From Sphyrna mokarran (lineage: Eukaryota): a stretch of DNA of 64,000 bases. Location: assembly GCA_024679065.1 (NCBI GenBank), contig JAGIQG010000021.1, positions 41,788,001 through 41,852,000 on the forward strand, read 5' to 3'. Positions within the stretch are counted from its first letter, which is position 1. Each line of letters starts with the position of its first letter. Below are positions 28,302 through 40,521 of the stretch, in pieces. The notes beneath the pieces were generated by a model. That model made no database searches and was not told the DNA's origin. It worked only from the letters and a program-made list of their open reading frames with translations. A program made the position numbers and the translations under genes.

Positions 28302-29861
28302 AACATACCTGGCCGTCCCATCGTATCGGGCAATGGGACCCTGTGTGAGAACCTCTCCGGCTATATCGAGGGCATCCTGAAACCCATTGTACAAAGTAGC
28401 CCCAGCTTTTGTCTTGACACTACGGACTTCCTACAGAAACTCAGCACGCATGAAGCAGTTGAACCAGGGACACTCCTTGTCACAATGGATGTCTCGGCGC
28501 TCTACACCAACATCCCCACGACGATGGTATTGCTGCAACTGCCTCAGTACTCAATGCCAACAACTGTCAGTTTCCGGATGCAATTTTACAACTCATCCGC
28601 TTCATCTTGGACCACAATGTCTTCACCTTCAACAATCAGCTTTTCATCCAGACACATGGAACAGCCATGGGGACCAAATTTGCACCTCAGTATGCCAACA
28701 TCTTCATGCACAGGTTCGAACAAGATTTCTTCACTACACGAGATCTTCAACCAAGGTTGTATACTAGATACATTGATGACATCTTTTTCCTTTGGACTCA
28801 TGGTGAACAATCATTGAAACAACTGTATGATGATATCAACAAGTTCCATCCCACCATCAGACTCACCACGGACTATTCTCCAGAATCAGTTGCTTTCTTG
28901 GACATACGCATCTCCATCAAGGACGGTCACCCCAGCACCTCACTGTACCGAAAACCGACAGACAACCTCACAATGCTCCACTTCTCCAGCTTCCACCCTA
29001 GACACGTTAAAGAAGCCATTCCCTATGGACCAGCCCTCTGTATATACAGAATTTGCTCAGATGAGGAGGATCGTGACAGACACCTCCAGACGCTGAAGGA
29101 TGCCCTCATGAGAACAGGATATGGCGCTCGACTCATCAATCGACAGTTCCAACGTGCCACAGCGATAAACCGCACTGACCTCCTCAGAAGACGAACACGG
29201 GACATGGTGGACTGAGTACCCTTTGTTGTCCAGTACTTCCCCGGAGCGGAGAAGCTACAACATCTTCTCCGGAGTCTTCAACATATCATTGATGACGATG
29301 AACATCTTGCTAGGGCCATCCTCACCACCCCCGCCCCCCCCCACTTCTTGCTTTCAGACAACCGCACAACCTCAATCAGATCATTGTTCGCAGCAAACTA
29401 CCCAACCTTCAGGAGAACAGTGACCACAATACCACACAACTCTGCCACAGCAACCTCTGCAAGACATGCCAGACCATAGACATGACGACATCATCAAACG
29501 TGAGAATGCCATTCACCAGGTACACGGTACATACTCTTGCAACTCGGCCAACGTTGTCTACCTAATACGTTGCAAAAAAGGATGTCCCAAAGCATGGTAC
29601 ATTGGGGAGACCATGCAGACACTACGACAGCGGATGAATGAACATCGCTCAACAATCACCAGGCAAAACAGTTCCCTTCCTGTGGGCAAACACTTCAGCA
29701 GTCATGGGCATTCGGCCTCCGACCTGTGGGTAAATGTTCTTCAAGGGGGCCTTCGTGACACACGACAGCGCAGAGTCGCTGAGCAGAGACTGATAGCCAA
29801 GTTCCGCACACATGAGGACGGTCTTAATAGGGATCTTGGCTTCATGACACACTATCTGTAA
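28302..29861 (+). pseudogene. 5'-truncated PLE polyprotein with intact YIDD but frameshifts and a stop
   Basis: ORF pieces 28485-, 28607-29215 (RYIDDIF, ending at an in-frame TGA) and 29466-29861 (GIY-YIG) match the left arm but lie in different frames. Confidence 0.88.
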
Positions 29862-30074
29862 CCCCGTAACTTGCCTGGGTTAGCAAAAAACCTCACTTAC
29901 TGTGCTATCTGGAGAAAATACACAATTCTCTAACCAATGCTCAGGATTCCCTTCACACACATTGTTAGCCACTTTAACACTTGAATAGCAGGTTAGATGT
30001 AAGGATTCGCATTCTAATCAGCAATCTATGATTGTCTGTGTTGGTATGAGTGCTATTGCAGACCAGAACACTGC

Positions 30075-30115
30075 ATTTGCCTGACGAAGGCACATAGTGT
30101 CGAAAGCTCGCGAAT
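30075..30115 (+). ncRNA. Minimal type I hammerhead ribozyme (PLE-associated)
   Basis: AUUUGC-CUGACGA-A-GGCAC-aua-GUGUC-GAA-AGCU-C^-GCGAAU. Stem I has 6 bp, stem II has 5 bp and stem III is the palindrome AGCU. Predicted cleavage after 30109. Confidence 0.82.
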
Positions 30116-32667
30116 TTACTATCAAATAAATTGGTTGGATTTAAAATTGGTGTTGTGAAACTTTACTGTGTCAGACTATATTCCAGAGGAAACTGAGAAA
30201 CTAGCTTGAGCATGAAATCTCTTTTGGGATCGAGCTTTCTGATGTTTTATAATAAAAATGCTACATAATCTCATCTCCATTTCACTGCTGATTTTAGTGC
30301 CTCCTGAAACCAGTGAAGAGTGGCTGTTAATTTAAAATGAGGATTCTAATGGCATTAAAGGAGTTGATTTACATTTGTTAATGAACATGCTGCCACTCCA
30401 CAATGAAACACTTGAATGCCCTGGTATCTACTGCCTTAAAAGAGGTGGTGGTCTGATTGTAAATAGTTCAGGTTACATTTTGCATCTTTAATCTTCCACC
30501 CTCTGCCACTGGCCTTGAGAGTGGTGGTGATGTAACATTGATATGTGAGTCCTTATCTTGTGAAGTTCATTCTGCCAACACAAAGCTGCCAGTTGGAAAG
30601 CTGAATAGTATGGCTGTTCACAATTTTAACTGCATGTGGGATATTTTCATTTCGTATCAGGAAAGATCTTTGTGCAAAATTGTGAACTGATCAACATGAC
30701 TTTAAAAGAACAAAACCAGTCAGTTTAATAAATACTCCAATATTCTAATGACGTCATTCTGATTAAAGAATGGCTACTTCGCCTGTAAATCCTATACACT
30801 ACTTGTTTTAGTGTTACTTTCATTCTTTTGAAGCAATTCTTCAGTAAAAATGAGGCAAAAAGCAACACTAGCAGGGATGTGAGAACCTCTCCCCAAAAGA
30901 AAATCTAGTGCTAACTTGATTAATACTAATTTGATAAGGAAATAATTACTCCAGGTTAAATGTACCATGTCAAAGTGAACAAGGGAATTCCATTTGAAGA
31001 GATTGAGTTTCATTCGGGATGCATAGATGAGAAATGTCACCCATTTGGACTCAGTGGTTAAGGCATTGAATAGACACTGCAACAATAAATCTCTATGCCA
31101 TAGGATCAGCCAGTTTGTGAGGTGCTACTGGCCCAAAACTTGTGTCAAACAAGAAGGCTGCAATTCATTAAATGCCTAGCAAGGTCAGCATTTATTGTCC
31201 ATCTTGATTTGCCTTGATGAAGGTGGCGATGAGCCGTCTTTCTGAGTCACAGCAGCTTATGTGAGGTAGATACATCCACAATCCTGAAAAATGACAGAGT
31301 TTCATGTGTTTTCACTCATTGATGATGAAGAAATAGCAGTATGATCCCAAGTCAGGATGTTGGGTAAGTTAATGGAAAACATGCATGTGGTAATGTTCCC
31401 ATACATTAGCAGTCCTTGATCTCCTAGTGGTAGAGGTCACAAATTTGAAAAGTGCTATCAAAAGATCATTGGCAGTTGCTAAAGTGTATTTTTTGATGTA
31501 ACACACTGCTGCCACTGTATGCTAGTGATGGAAGGATTGAATGTTTATAGTGGTAGATGAGGTACACCAATCAGGCTGCTTTAACCTAGATGATGGTAAC
31601 TTCTTGAGTATTGTTGGAGCTGCACTCATTCAAACCAAATTGGGAGAGTTCAGTCAAACTCAGGACTTGTACTTTTAGATGTTGAACTGGTCCTGGGGGG
31701 GGGGTCAAAAAGTAAGTTATTGGCTGCAGAATTTCAAGCTTCTGACCTGCTTCTTTTTGCCACAGTATTTAATAGTTGATCCAGTTAAGTTTCTAATCAG
31801 TGGTAACTCTCAGGAAGTTGTTGGTGGGGATTCAATGATGATGATGCTGTTGAATAACAAGGTGGATCATTTGATTGTCTTTTGCTGGAGATGGTAATGC
31901 CTTTTCACTTGTGTTGTGCAAATATTATCACTTCCACAAAAAATGCGAACTGCTTTGGAATCTGAGACTTTATTAAATTCTGTGAAATCATCAATGAAAA
32001 GCCCCATTTCTGACACGTTATGATAGAAAAAAATTCATCAATAAAGCAGTTCAAGAATATTAATCCTATATGCTACACGTGTTACACTTATGGCAATGTT
32101 CTGAAGCTAAGATGCTTGGCTTCCAACAATCACAAACAAGTTAGGCATGATTCCGCCCAGTTGAGAACTTTCTTCTTTGATTCTTGTTGACTTTAATTTC
32201 ATTAATGTTCCTTGATACCACACTTTGTTAGATACTGGCTTGATATCAAGGGCAATCACTCATCTCACCTCCAGAATTCATCTCTTTTGTACATGTTTGG
32301 ATCAAGGCTATAATGAGGTCAGAAGCCATGTTCCCTTGACAGAATCTAAAGTGATCTTAAATGAACAGGTGAGTAAATACCACTTGATATTCTTGACAAC
32401 AACTCCATTAGTTTGTTGATGACTGAGAGTAGAATGATGAAATGGTAATTAGCTATATTGGAGTTGTCCTGCTAAATGAGGACATTGAAGCCACTTGCAA
32501 ATATTGTCTGGGAGTACGCCTTTTTTTTTGGACTTCCTTGTCCTCTTCATTTTACATTCAGTTGACTCAACAGTTTGCATAATGTGCTGAATGTTATGTA
32601 TAGCACTTATGTTTTTATTATGCAAGCCATTTAGCAATTCAGTAGCATTGTTGCAGGTTTTTCATAA

Positions 32668-32976
32668 AATCATTGAATCCCCAGAGTGCAGAAGGAGGCT
32701 GTTCAGCTCATCAAATCTGCACCGATCACAATCCCATCCAGGCCCTATTTCCATAACCCCACATGTTTAACTTGCTAATCCGCCTGACAGTAGGGTCAAT
32801 TTAACATGGCTAATCAACCTAACCTGCACATCTTTGGACTGAGAGAGGAAACTGGACCACCCAGAGGAAACCCGCACAGACACAGGAAGAATGTGCAAAC
32901 TCCCCACAGTGACCAGAAGCCAGAATTGAACCTGGGTTCCCGGTGTTGTGAAGCAGCAGTGCTAGCTACTGCGCCC
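32668..32976 (-). mobile_element. HE1/V-SINE
   Basis: V-domain, B box and tail on the minus strand. Confidence 0.82.
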
Positions 32977-33469
32977 AATTCTTGATTGAATGCTCAGTTA
33001 TAGATGTAGCAAAAATTAGTAGCAGGAATGAGAAAAACATAGGTTTCTGAGCATGTTGAACTGTAAGGGAAAGCAAACTAATTATTGCAGACTTTTTATG
33101 AAAAAAATCTGAGTTAATTCCCCAAGTTAGTGAAGAAAATATCAAGAAAGTGAACTCCTATCGATTACTATACTGTACTAATATTAACTGTTGATAACCT
33201 TAATCCTTCGTTGGTTAATTTTTATGAAGGAAAATCCTAGGCTTAAAATTTTACCTCTCGCTATAACCTCAGGTATAAAGCTGATCATTTTGTTTTGAAA
33301 TGCAGTAGTTAAATGTAAAAATATTTTGAACATCGATTTAAAGAACATAATTTTAAATGGACTTGCAACTTTTGGAAAGGATGAATATACTTGCTTCATA
33401 ACAAGCAATGCTTCAAAATCTCCAAATAGTCCTTGAAGCATTATGTTACATTACCCTCCAGAATGTGGA

Positions 33470-33815
33470 TGGTGCAAATATTTGGGCTTGTATAACATCA
33501 GCAGCACGTGTTTACATTTCAGGCTGAAATATAACACTTCTCTGAGATTAAGATATCTGGTAACTATGCAACATAATATTTAAATCAAAATAACACATGC
33601 AAAGTATATATGTATCTTCCCCGGATGCTATAAAATTATAGATTTAAGTACATGGCTTATTTGTTTACACCATCGTGCCATATTTGACCCAATAAGGTTT
33701 AATAGATCTCATAAATACCAAAAATTGTTGCATTTTCCTGCAAACTGGTTACAATGACATACAATCTTATTAGACCATAAATGGAGCAATCTGTGACAAG
33801 TATAAATAGAGAAAG
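33470..33815. promoter_or_regulatory. Candidate muscle enhancer (CArG, forkhead, E-box and AT-rich motif cluster)
   Basis: Perfect CArG CCATAAATGG at 33775-33784. CArG-like sites at 33678-33687 and 33688-33697. TGTTTAC at 33509 and 33662, CACGTG at 33505, and MEF2-like AT-rich motifs. The cluster lies in a stretch without recognisable repeats. Confidence 0.35.
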
Positions 33816-33905
33816 AAAATAAAGCATATGACACTGATGTTTGCTGCATGGTTCCGTATGAAGTAGATATTTAATTAAAAAACAAATTACTATGGAATTT
33901 GAAAC

Positions 33906-34056
33906 AAAAACAGAAAATATTGGATAATCTTACCAAGTCAGATAGCATCTGTGGAGAGCGACAGAGCTAATGTTTCAAGATTGGATGATTCTTCTCTCTG
34001 TTCTCTTTCCACAGACACTATCAGACTGCTGAGATATTTCAGCATTTTCTATTTTT
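33906..34056. mobile_element. Palindromic remnant of a second PLE-derived family
   Basis: Imperfect inverted arms at 33906-33966 and 33996-34056. The spacer reads gaagaatcatccaatcttGAAACATT on the minus strand, like a decayed hammerhead core. A related single-arm copy lies at about 12208-12297. Confidence 0.55.
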
Positions 34057-34198
34057 GGAGAGATTTAAGTAGATGTGAATGCTAATAATTGGTTAAATGA
34101 GAATATTTCTTTTCTTTCTCCCATTATTGTGTTTACATTCACAAGGACGCGTAAATTGACTCTCGGTATTCAATTTTTCATGTTAGCCAACACATGTT

Positions 34199-34510
34199 TT
34201 CATTGAATCCCCTACATTGCAAAATGAGGCCATTCGGCCCATTGAGTCTGCACCAACCACATTCCCACTCAGGCTCTATTCCTGCAACCTCACTTATTTA
34301 CCCAGCTAATCCCCCTGATACTAGGGTCAATTTAGCATGGCCAATCCACCTAATCCACACATCTTTGAGGCATGGGAGGAAACTGGAGCACCAGGAGGAA
34401 ACCCATGCAGACAAAGAGAGAATATGCAAACTCCACACAGACCTGAGGCCAGAATTGAACCCAGGGCCCTGATGCTGTGAGGCAGCAATACTAACCATTG
34501 TGCCACCATG
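34199..34510 (-). mobile_element. HE1/V-SINE
   Basis: V-domain, A and B boxes, and tail. Confidence 0.82.
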
Positions 34511-34657
34511 TGTCCATTTTCAATGATAAAGTATTTCTGCCATTCAATAATTTTGGTCTAATTCAAGCTTTTTTTTATATATTCCATTCTATTAGAAAGC
34601 CTTTCTTCTACAACTATACACTGCATTTCTCCCATTCTCTACTATCTTGAAGGCATT

Positions 34658-34967
34658 GAATCATAGAAACGCTATAGAAAGACAGTTGGCCGCTGGATTT
34701 GCATCAACTGTCCAACAGAGCATCTGACCCCAGCCCGATGCTGTAACCCTGCTAATCCCCTTAACCTATGCATTTTTGGACTAAGGAATAAATTTAGCGT
34801 GGCCAGTCCACCTAACCTGCACATCTCTGGACTGTGAGAGGAAACCAGTTGAAATCCACATTGGTATGGGAGAACGTGAAAATTCCACACGGTCAGCCAA
34901 GGCTAAAATCGAACCAGAGTTCCTAGTACTGTGAGGCAGCAGTGCTAACCATTGTGCCACCGTGCCA
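34658..34967 (-). mobile_element. HE1/V-SINE
   Basis: V-domain, A and B boxes, and tail. Confidence 0.8.
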
Positions 34968-35833
34968 GCTGGTTTGATTCATACTACAGTGCAGTTCAAT
35001 ATCCAACATGAACTGCAATGCATCGTACATTACAAAAATTCCTATGTCAACATCAAGAATCACTATCACAGTTGTCATGCTACCATTTTCATATCAATTC
35101 AAAATAATTTCATATGCATTTGGAAGAAGTAGTGGCAGAAAACTTAAAAACAAATATTGTAAAATTGCTAGTAGAAAACCAAGAAACTTTACTTTAATGC
35201 TCAAACTCCTCATCATTATAAGAACTGGTCATATTACGACCTATTCTTTTCTAGTATCAGCATTTAAATGGCCTAAAGTTAAGGTTGCCTGTGACAACAG
35301 GATGGGTTGATCAACTGTGCAACTCTCAGACTAGTGCCTAATAAGTAGTTCCCAAAATGGCAGTTTAATGTCATACTTGAAGGGATACGTAGCTGTGTGA
35401 GAATCCCACTCAACCCCATCCAGACATGCCAATTTTAGATGTAGATAGAAATGCAATTGTAAGGCATGTCCTGCCTCAGCTGTTTCACCAATCTGAGGCT
35501 CCTGCGTCACTTAACTTCAGCAAATATACTTATGTATGAGTAACTTATTGTGCTATCAGAAATTGCTTTTAATATATACAATTTCTTCTAAATTTAAATT
35601 GATAATTGGAGAATCAATGCATGTTCACTCATTTTTAGTTTCATAATTACCTTTATGACATTTTCTAATTTTAAAACTAAGTTTAACTAATGAAAATGCC
35701 AAATTATGTGGACTCATTTTGACTCTTTGCCCCTTCACACACAATAACTCACAGAAAAGGCTCAGGTGAATTATGGAATGCCAATAAGTCATAATTATTC
35801 CATTCATTTATTAATGGAAATGATAATAAGTTG

Positions 35834-36140
35834 AGGGCAGCACAGTAACTCGTACCATTGCCTTACAGTGCCAGGGACCCAGGTTCAATTCTGGCCTGGG
35901 GTGACGATGTGGACTTGTATGTTTGCCCTATATACATGGGTTTCCTTTGGATGTTCCAGTTTCCTCCAATAGTCCAAAGATGCAGAAGTTAGGTGAATTG
36001 GTCATGGTGAACGAGCAGAGTTACAAGGATAGTGCAGGTAGGTGGAGGCTTGCCGAGGAAGAGAGGGTGTTCCTCGGTAAGATGGTCTTTCAGGTGGGCC
36101 AAAAAGCCTACTTCTGCACAGTAGGGATTCTATGTGATTC
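35834..36140 (+). mobile_element. HE1/V-SINE (decayed)
   Basis: tRNA-like head and V-domain. Confidence 0.75.
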
Positions 36141-36399
36141 TGTGTGATAATAACATGTCTACATATTAATCGATATTTGCAGTGTTCTACCCATATACTT
36201 GCACAAGGTGTTTGAATTTAACAGTTTAATTCAACGTCAAATAAATGAGTTCTTGTTCTCAAAACATTTTTTACCATTTAATTGGTATTTGCATGCAATT
36301 CGATGATACAGATTCAAAAATCTGTAAATACAGATACCAAAGCTTCTTTTCAAATAATTTCAATTGATTTGATTTATTATTGTCACGTATTAGTATACA

Positions 36400-37185
36400 A
36401 TGAAAAGTATTGTATCTTGCATGCTAGACAGACAAAGCTGACCATATATTGAGAAGGAAAGGAGTGCAGAATGTAATGTTACAGTTATAGCTAGGGCATA
36501 GAGAAAGGTCAATTTAATGTAAGGTAGATTCATTCAAAAGTCTGATGGCAGCAGGGAAGAAGCTGTTCTTGAGTCGGTTGGTATGTGTTGTCAGACTTTT
36601 ATATCTGACAGAAGAAGTACGTCTCAGCTGTGTGGGATCCTTAATTATACTGGCCGTTTTATCGAGGCAGTGGGAAGTGTAGATGGAGTTAATGCTTGGG
36701 AGGCTGGTTTGAGTAATGGACTGGGCTTCATTCACGACTCTTTGTAGTTTCTTGCAGTCTTGGACAAAGCAGAAGCCATACCAAGCCATGATATAACCAG
36801 AAAAAGTGCCTTCTATAATGCATCTGGAAAGTTGGTGAGAGTCTTAGCTGACATGCCAAATTCCTTTAGTATTCCTACTCAGTAGAGGGCTGATGAGCTT
36901 TCTTAACTATAGTGTTGGCATGGAGGGACCAAGACAGGTTGTTGGTGATTTGGACAACTAAATGCATGAAACTCTTGACCAGTTCTACTTGATCCCAATT
37001 AATATAGACAGGGACACATCCTCCATTACACTTTCTGAAGTCGATGACAATCTCCTTTGTTTTGATGATATTGAGGGAGAGATTATTGTTGTCACACCAG
37101 TCACCAGATTCTCTATCTCTTTCCTGTATTCCATCTCATCATTGTTTGAGATTTGACCTACAACAGTGATGTCATCAGCAAACAT
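36400..37185 (-). mobile_element. Rex/Babar-like LINE 3' part
   Basis: FADDITVVGQISNNDEMEYRKEIENL and KLQRVVNEAQSITQTSLPSI...NSFFPAAIRLLN. Confidence 0.7.
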
Positions 37186-37745
37186 TTGCCATCCTCCAAT
37201 CGTCAGGCACCTCACTTCTGGTGTTGATGATTCAAATATCTCTGCTAGGGACCTATAATTTTCCTCCCCAGTTTTCCACAACATCCTGGGATGTACTTCA
37301 TCAAGTCCCAGAGATTTATTTATCTTGATGCACTTTAAGACTTCCAGCACTTCCTCCTCTGTAATATGTACGCTCCTCAAGATATCACTATTTATAGCCC
37401 CAAATTTCCTAACATCTAAGCCTTTCTCAACAGTAAATACTGATGAGAAATATTCTTTTAGGATCTCACCCATCTTTTGTGGATCCTCAAATAGATGACC
37501 TTATTGATCTTTAAGAGGACCTGCTCTCTCCCTAATTACTCTTTTGTCGTTTATGCACTTGTTGAAATTCTTTGGATTCTTTTTTGCCTTATCTGCCAAA
37601 ACAATCTCATGTCCCCTTTTTGCCCTCCTGATTTCTCTCTTAACTTTACTCCTACACCCTCTATACTCTTCAAGGAATCCACATGATCCAGCTGCCTGTG
37701 CATGTCATATGCATCCTTCTTCTTGACAAGGGCCTCAATATCCAT
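37186..37745 (-). mobile_element. CR1 fragment (EN-RT linker)
   Basis: MGEILKEYFSSVFTVEK...ITEEEVLEVLK. Confidence 0.7.
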
Positions 37746-37759
37746 ACTTCTATCAGCTT

Positions 37760-38269
37760 TGCCCTTTACAAAAGGCCTTGAGATGAAACATCCCAAGGCC
37801 TTGTTCATCATGGCTAGGGACTTCAATCAAGCAAAGTTCAAGAGTGTCCTAAAAAATAGCACCAACATGTGCCCTTTTCCACCAGAAGCCCAAACATCGT
37901 AGACCACTGCTACACAAACATTCTACCATTTTCTCGCCTGCCCATACTTTGGCAAATCAGATCACAATCTGTGCTCTTGCTCCTAGCTTGCAAGCAAAAA
38001 CTGAAACAGGAAAATCCATCAAAGAGAGTCATGCAGTATTGGTCTGGGGAATTGGGTGATCTCCTACAGGATTGGACCAGTAGACTGGTCAGTATTTAAA
38101 ACTCTGTGACCATCCTTCCAGTTCATACTGTAACTGACTTCATTAGTAGGTGTGTAGAAGACTGTGTGCCAAATAAGCAAATCAGTGTGTTTCCTGGAAT
38201 CTATGGATGAACACGGATATCCATTGCTTGCTGAAGTCCAGACGTTCAAGTCAGGCAACTCTGACATAT
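37760..38269 (+). mobile_element. Rex/Babar-like LINE endonuclease fragment
   Basis: LEMKHPKALFIMARDFNQA and TRSPNIVDHCYTNI. Confidence 0.65.
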
Positions 38270-38792
38270 AGAACAAAGAACAAAACAGCACAGGAAATAG
38301 GTCCTTTGGCCCAACGAGCCTGCGTCGCCACCTCGATGTTCCCACTTCTACCCATGACCACTGTCTATGTTTATAAAAATCTGCATTTGAACCAAATTTG
38401 GGAGACAATTTAGGGAGAATTTGTTTTGCCAATCAGCCTAAGAGCACATCTTTGGGGTGTGGGAGGAAACCGCAGCACCTGGAGAAAATCCATGCAAGCA
38501 TGGGGAGAATGCGCAAACTCCCACAGACACAGGCCCAAATCCATGTATCTGCACAGCACAGTGATAGTCACTGAGCTGTTGTGTTGCCCATCAACTGGTT
38601 CAGTTCAAGCATACACTAATTACGTGAAGCACTAGGATACTCTTGTAAAATCCAAGAGCAGCCCTCTCACAACCCATCGCGAATATGCCCCTTGTTAGAT
38701 AACAAGGCAGACTGAAGTACCTGTAGGATAAAACAGAAATACATCAATACCATTCACAATTTCACACTTCTCAGCGAACTCCCAAGGCTCAT
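38270..38792 (-). mobile_element. 5'-extended V-SINE derivative, copy 4 (apparently full length)
   Basis: Same family. Its 5' end coincides with that of copy 3 (atgagccttgggag). Confidence 0.85.
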
Positions 38793-38794
38793 GA

Positions 38795-39490
38795 TGCCTA
38801 TTTTAAATCAGTCTTCTATATCCCTCCATCCCTATTCTGTTCATGTGCCCACCTAAGTATCTCTTAAATAACTCCAGAGTGCCTGCCTCCACCACCTTAC
38901 TTGGCAATGCATTCCATACCCCCCCAACCCTTTGTGTGAAAAAACTCCGTCTAGCATCCAAATTATACCTTACCCCCCTCATCCTAAGCCTGTGACCCCT
39001 CATGATATTTGATTCCAACCTAGGGTAAAGCTTACTACTGTTTATCTATACCCCTCATTACACCGCTATTAGATCTCCTCTCAGTCTACGTCTTTCTAAA
39101 GAAAACAGCGTCAATTTGCCTAATCTGTCGTCGTAACTCAGACCTTCCATACCAGGCAGCATCCTGGTGAACCTCCTCTGCACTCTCTCCAGAGTCTCCA
39201 CATCCTTCCAGTAGTGAGGTGACCAGAACTGGACGCAATGTTCCAAATGAGGTCTAACCAACATTTTATACAACTGTAACATTAAAGGCCAGCTTTTGTA
39301 CTCTATACCCCCTTCCTATAAAGGCTAGCATACTATATGCTTTTTTCACAACTTTCTCTACCTGCTCTGCCACCTTCAGAGACTTGTGCACCTGCACACC
39401 CAGGTCCCTCTGCATTTCTATACTCTTAATATATCTACCCTTTATCATATACCTTCCCCCTACATTCTTTCTCTTGAAATGCATCATATA
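38795..39490 (-). mobile_element. CR1 LINE 3' part
   Basis: LQLYKMLVRPHLEHCVQFWSP and FFTQRVGGVWNALP. Confidence 0.85.
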
Positions 39491-39587
39491 AAATTGGGAC
39501 TAGCTTAATGGTTTAAAAAAAAGGGTGGCATGGACAAGTTGAACCAAAGGGCCAGTTTCCATGCTGTAAACCTCTAACACTTTATGA

Positions 39588-40518
39588 GGGTGATTTTACC
39601 ATTCTGCTTCTATGTCCTCGGTGGATTTGAAACTCAGAGAGTTTCAGATTTGTCCTTTGGCCATGTTTTTAGACCTCCATACGCTCTCTACCTGTAAAAT
39701 TCTGAGCAAGGCTGTTGCTTGCTGCAGAATCCTATGGGTGGAGCTTAACATACCGAAAGCCTGCACAGGGAGGTATTGCGCATGTGCAGGCTTCTGATGC
39801 TGCACATACACATTTGCAGTAGCAGGGGTCTGACAGAAAAGAGAAAACTGTCAGGCCCCTGCTAGTGCAGGCAGCCTGAAGCAGCCCTCTTCCCATGCAA
39901 TCGTGGGGACCTGCAATCTGAGATATAGGCCCTGCTGCCGAGACCAATCATGACCCTCTCCCCCACCGATTGCAGCCCTGCTGCCCAACCACCCCCCTCA
40001 CCAATTGCTACAGAGTGGCAGCCAGCCCCTCCCCCAGTATCACTGCCCCCCACACCCCATTAGCCCCATCCCTTGGCACTGCCCAGTAGGCATTGTCCAG
40101 ATGCCAGACTGGCATTGTCCAGGTGCTAGGTGACACTGCCAGTCTGGCTGTGCCAAAGGGATGCCCCCTTGCCCTTGGTCTCCCCAGAAAGCCTCAATGG
40201 CCTCCGGTTCCTCCGGTGAGGCCAATTTGACTGCTCCCCGTTCACGTGTCTCGTCTATTCCTCGCCAGTGAGAATCTTTCCTGGCAAGGTTATGAAAGCA
40301 GTGCCAAGCCTGGATGATTGAATGTTGAATAACATTTAATTAAATCTCCATCTGTTAACCTGCCTCTTTCGGCAAGAGACTGACTATGCTGGAAATCCGG
40401 TGCTCATAAAATGGCGCCGGTTGCAAAAACCAGCGCCAATCACAGTAAACACTTTACACCCCACTTCACTACCGTGTTGTGCCCAAAAATGGGTGCAACA
40501 TGATGGCAAAGTTACCCC
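39588..40518. mobile_element. Harbinger-type MITE
   Basis: Imperfect TIRs GGGTGATTTTACC / GGCAAAGTTACCCC flanked by a 3 bp TGA duplication (39585-39587 and 40519-40521). Confidence 0.5.
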
Positions 40519-40521
40519 TGA

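Larger units (their letters stand above)
26326..30168. mobile_element. Inverted pair of Penelope-like retroelements with tails outward (Neptune-type Cys linker)
   Basis: Arms 26366-28224 and 28302-30168 are near-identical reverse complements around a 77 bp spacer. Both encode PLE RT and a GIY-YIG endonuclease. Candidate TSD tgtcaaactatat (26313-26325) / tgtcagactatat (30169-30181). Confidence 0.93.

Noticed and set aside
28132-28394. Two 82 aa ORFs with matching ends on opposite strands
   Set aside because: They are a by-product of the palindrome centre.
26366-30168. Fold-back assembly artefact as an explanation for the inverted repeat
   Set aside because: The arms differ by scattered substitutions and indels, the flanks are unique, and a candidate TSD is present.
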